Part shown: one piece after another, positions 61,131 to 64,000 of the stretch
How positions within the stretch are numbered: the first letter of the stretch is position 1
Layout of the letters: every line of letters starts with the position of its first letter
NCBI GenBank assembly: GCA_964369365.1
Contig: CAYJES010000007.1
Coordinates: 799-64,798 of the forward strand
From: an uncultured Lactobacillales bacterium
GTDB taxonomy: Bacteria; Pseudomonadota; Alphaproteobacteria; CAYJES01
Length of the DNA: 64,000 nucleotides
Reading direction: 5' to 3'
Made by a program: the position numbers and the translations under genes
The notes under the pieces: model-generated
The model's database searches: none
The model's input: only the letters and a program-made list of their open reading frames with translations
What the model was told of the DNA's origin: nothing

Positions 61131-61175
61131 TATAATATAATATAATATAATATAATATAATATAATATAATATAA
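61131..61175. repeat. Perfect (TATAA)x9 pentanucleotide microsatellite in the promoter region of the Pmp-like gene
   Basis: tataa repeated 9 times, then tatat. A TTGCAT -35-like hexamer lies at 61118-61123. Each unit junction creates a TATAAT -10 hexamer. Confidence 0.9.
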
Positions 61176-61214
61176 TATATCTATATATGCATAAAAAATT
61201 GAGGGAGAACATCT

Positions 61215-64000
61215 ATGACCACATTAAATAAAAACTTCAAATTAAAGCAAACAAAAAAATGTTTGCTAAGGGTGTTATCCGTGTTTGTGGCGCTTTTTAG
61301 CACTATATTTTTGACTTCAATCCCGGCCTATTCATTTGAAATTGACTCAGATGAAATTGTCTATGGTGGTGCTATTATGACGGTAAACTCTAATTTAAAT
61401 ATCATTGGTGGTGTCGATAAAGCCACTACTCTAACCCTTTCAAACAATACTTCTGACACATCTGGAGGAGCTATGTATGTTCGTAATGATTTTTATAAAT
61501 ATGATCCTATGCCAATAGCAACGGTTAATATTAATGGATATTTTAAATTAATGAGCAATATTTCCTATTCTTTCGGCGGAGGGATGTATTTTTACTGTGG
61601 CAATTCTGCAGATGTAGTAACTATGAAAGTTAATATAGCAAATGATAGTAATATAATAGGATTAAAAAACTATGGTGCTCGAAGTTATTGGTATGGTGGA
61701 GGCGCGGTTATGGCTTTTGCAGGATTAATAGATGTTGATATTGATGGGGTTATGACATTTACAGAAAATCGCACCAATGGATCAGGAGGAGCGCTGCTTT
61801 TCTATTTTGATAGGGGGTATGGTAAACAAATTATTGATTTTAAAAGCACAAGTAATATAACTGGCGTTGGTAATTATAGTAGCCGTGGCGGTGGAACGAT
61901 GGTATTTCATGTAACAAGAGGTGATAGAGAGCAAGAAGTTAATTTTAAAGGAATGATGAAATATGAAAATAACTCTTCTAGCGAGAAAGGTAGTGCGTTT
62001 TACTTTTGGATTGACCAAGAAAGATCAAAACCAGTAAAGCAAACTGTTGATTTTGGCGGCACTATGGAATTTATTAATAATGGCAGAGGAATTAATAGAT
62101 ACGGGGATGATATAATAACCAAAAGAGGAGGAGCAATTTTTATGTGGGCTAGAGGAGATGATAGGATGGCGGAAACGAATGCTAGTTTCACTGGCAACAT
62201 GAAATTTGAAGGAAACGTTGCTGAATATGCTGGAGGGGCGATATATGTTGGGGTTATGTATTCACCTAAATCGGTGAATGTTGATTTTGGAGGTACTATG
62301 GAATTTATTAATAATGAAGTGCTACTATCCAGCTCTAGCCTTCATTCTGATAAATACGGAGGTGGTGCAATTGCTATGAGAAGAGAAGGAGGCAGTGGAT
62401 CTGTAAATGCTAATTTTAGCGGGAGTATGGTGCTAACTGGCAATAAATCAGTACTTGTAAGGACGGATGCTATTTATGATAGATATGACAATGTTGGAGG
62501 TGGGGCTCTATTTTTTGATAAATGTAGTGATATTAATTTTATTGGCACTATGTATTTGGGTGTAAATGCATTAGGAAAAACAGTTGACGACGAGGGAAAT
62601 TCACTTGGTAATATTGATCCGCATAGAGGAGGGGCAATGTATTTTAGTTATTGTAGTGAGATTAATTTTGAGGGAGAACTGAAGTTAATTGGTAATAAAA
62701 CAACACTAATAAGTGATGGTTATGGCGGAGGAGCTATATTTTTTAATGCATGTAGTGAGATTAATTTTAAAGGAGTTATGGAGTTAACTGAAAATACTGC
62801 TAGCTATGATGGAGGAGCAATGTATTTTGATAATTGCTCTAATGTTGATTTCGGAGTTGATAGCGATTTAACGTTCATAAAAAACAAAGCTCATAAACTG
62901 TCATTTTTGTCAAACTACGGTAATGGCGGAGCTATCTTTTTTAGATCTTCTTCGGGCACTCGAACAATAAATTTTAATGGAAAAATGGAGTTGATTGAAA
63001 ATAAAACGTATAGTGACGGTGGTGCGATGTCATTCGAAAATACTAATTCAGCTAAAATAAATGTTTATTTTAATGTAGGTAGTGATACTGATGTAATCCG
63101 TAATGATGGAAATTATGGTGCAGGACTTAATTTTACAGAATGTAGCGATGTTAGGTTTGCCGGTGATCTTTTGTTGGATGGAAACACTTCTGAAAGTAGT
63201 TCATCTATGGAGGTTTCAAGTTTTATAGGAGGGGGTGCGATGTTTAATAATTGCGCTAACGTGTATTTTGATGAGGGTGACTCATCGACAATAACAACTG
63301 TTATAAATAACACTGCGAGTTCAGGTGGCGGGTTAAATTTTACAAGCACATCAAATATTTTCATTAATGGAAAAATGTTAGTTGATAACAATGAGGCGAC
63401 TAAGAAGGATAGTGGTGGTGGAGGATTTGCATTTTGGTCTGCGGAGAATGTGCAAATAAATGGAGATATTAAAGTAACAAATAATTTTGTTAATGGTGCT
63501 GGGGCAGGATTACTGTTTAATGAATGTTCAGTTGTAACAATTGCGGGCAAATTGGATATTTCTAATAATAACGTAGATATTGCAGGTAGTGGCGGTGCAG
63601 GAATTACTATGAAAGATAATGGTACTGTAAATATATATGGCATAATAAATATAAATGACAACCATGCGGACAATCCTACTAATATTACTGGTGGATATGG
63701 CGGTGGATTATCTGTTATAAATTCAGAAAATTTAGCTTTTGGTGGGTATTTTAATTCTGGGGTAGCTACAAAGGTTGATGGATCATCGATTTCTGTAAAT
63801 AATAACACTGCTGGTGTTCATGGTGCCGGTCTTTATATTCAAGAAGTTCACAATGTTCACTTTTTAGGTGGAAGTCGTAGTGGAGAAATCGGAATAAATG
63901 GAGGATTAACTGTGTCTGGAAACGAGGCGCAAGGAACCGGAGGTGGAATAACAATATTAAATAATAATGGAATTTCTGGTGAGTATAATATTTATTTCGC
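61215..64000 (+). CDS. Pmp-like (polymorphic membrane protein repeat) autotransporter passenger. The 5' part is shown here. It continues beyond the window.
   Basis: RBS gagggag 7 nt upstream of the ATG at 61215. Signal peptide (LLRVLSVFVALFSTIFLTSIPAYSF). More than 20 repeats of roughly 25-30 aa carry GGA[IMVL]xF motifs (GGAMYF, GGGAIFF, GGALLF) and FxxN motifs (FKGVMELTEN, FEGELKLIGN). The frame is open to the last base. Confidence 0.75.
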   Translation, partial: MTTLNKNFKLKQTKKCLLRVLSVFVALFSTIFLTSIPAYSFEIDSDEIVYGGAIMTVNSNLNIIGGVDKATTLTLSNNTSDTSGGAMYVRNDFYKYDPMPIATVNINGYFKLMSNISYSFGGGMYFYCGNSADVVTMKVNIANDSNIIGLKNYGARSYWYGGGAVMAFAGLIDVDIDGVMTFTENRTNGSGGALLFYFDRGYGKQIIDFKSTSNITGVGNYSSRGGGTMVFHVTRGDREQEVNFKGMMKYENNSSSEKGSAFYFWIDQERSKPVKQTVDFGGTMEFINNGRGINRYGDDIITKRGGAIFMWARGDDRMAETNASFTGNMKFEGNVAEYAGGAIYVGVMYSPKSVNVDFGGTMEFINNEVLLSSSSLHSDKYGGGAIAMRREGGSGSVNANFSGSMVLTGNKSVLVRTDAIYDRYDNVGGGALFFDKCSDINFIGTMYLGVNALGKTVDDEGNSLGNIDPHRGGAMYFSYCSEINFEGELKLIGNKTTLISDGYGGGAIFFNACSEINFKGVMELTENTASYDGGAMYFDNCSNVDFGVDSDLTFIKNKAHKLSFLSNYGNGGAIFFRSSSGTRTINFNGKMELIENKTYSDGGAMSFENTNSAKINVYFNVGSDTDVIRNDGNYGAGLNFTECSDVRFAGDLLLDGNTSESSSSMEVSSFIGGGAMFNNCANVYFDEGDSSTITTVINNTASSGGGLNFTSTSNIFINGKMLVDNNEATKKDSGGGGFAFWSAENVQINGDIKVTNNFVNGAGAGLLFNECSVVTIAGKLDISNNNVDIAGSGGAGITMKDNGTVNIYGIININDNHADNPTNITGGYGGGLSVINSENLAFGGYFNSGVATKVDGSSISVNNNTAGVHGAGLYIQEVHNVHFLGGSRSGEIGINGGLTVSGNEAQGTGGGITILNNNGISGEYNIYF

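Noticed and set aside
61782-63954. Minus-strand ORFs 61782..62018, 62000..62200, 63113..63808 and 63766..63954
   Set aside because: All lie antisense within the continuous open frame of the Pmp-like repeat gene. Their Pro/Leu-rich translations are the complement of GGA/GGT-rich repeats.

Overview
This 64 kb window is AT-rich chromosomal DNA from a Gram-negative alphaproteobacterium. The conserved secB / Tim44-like / mltA / smr neighbourhood is present. A virB3-virB4 type IV secretion pair and many Sel1-repeat and hypothetical proteins suggest a host-associated, Rickettsiales- or Holosporales-like lifestyle. The exact taxon cannot be determined from sequence alone.

Most of the window is densely packed housekeeping genes. 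Identified here:
- Translation: lysS (class II), tyrS.
- Replication and repair: a dinG-like helicase, dnaE, recG, mfd, ligA, recN.
- Envelope and export: lolE-lolD, bamD, lpxC, secB, mltA, psd-pssA.
- Other: pepA, a zntB/corA-like transporter, a U32 peptidase, an hsp20 plus DUF1150 pair, and one tRNA-Leu(UAA).

Accessory-looking content is interleaved with these genes:
- A methyl-accepting chemotaxis protein next to a CAT-family acetyltransferase.
- A co-oriented FkbM-methyltransferase / two-domain PPK2 / PPK1 polyphosphate operon.
- Two distant paralogs of a putative Cst-II/GT42-like sialyltransferase-fold protein. One of them is fused to a C-terminal ELM1/DUF1022-like GT-B-like domain.
- A tandem pair of small paralogous proteins separated by an intrinsic terminator.
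- Two secreted Sel1-repeat proteins, one with an Arg/Glu-rich tail.
- A probable nonsense-disrupted secreted-protein gene.
- A large, 3'-truncated Pmp-like autotransporter passenger built on GGA[IVLM] and FxxN repeats. Its promoter region carries a perfect (TATAA)x9 microsatellite.
- A relatively GC-rich, strongly structured intergenic segment (about 300-650) ending in a canonical intrinsic terminator. It is a candidate small RNA.
- A 40-nt terminator hairpin module that recurs on both sides of the first complete gene.

No CRISPR array, transposase or integrase was seen.
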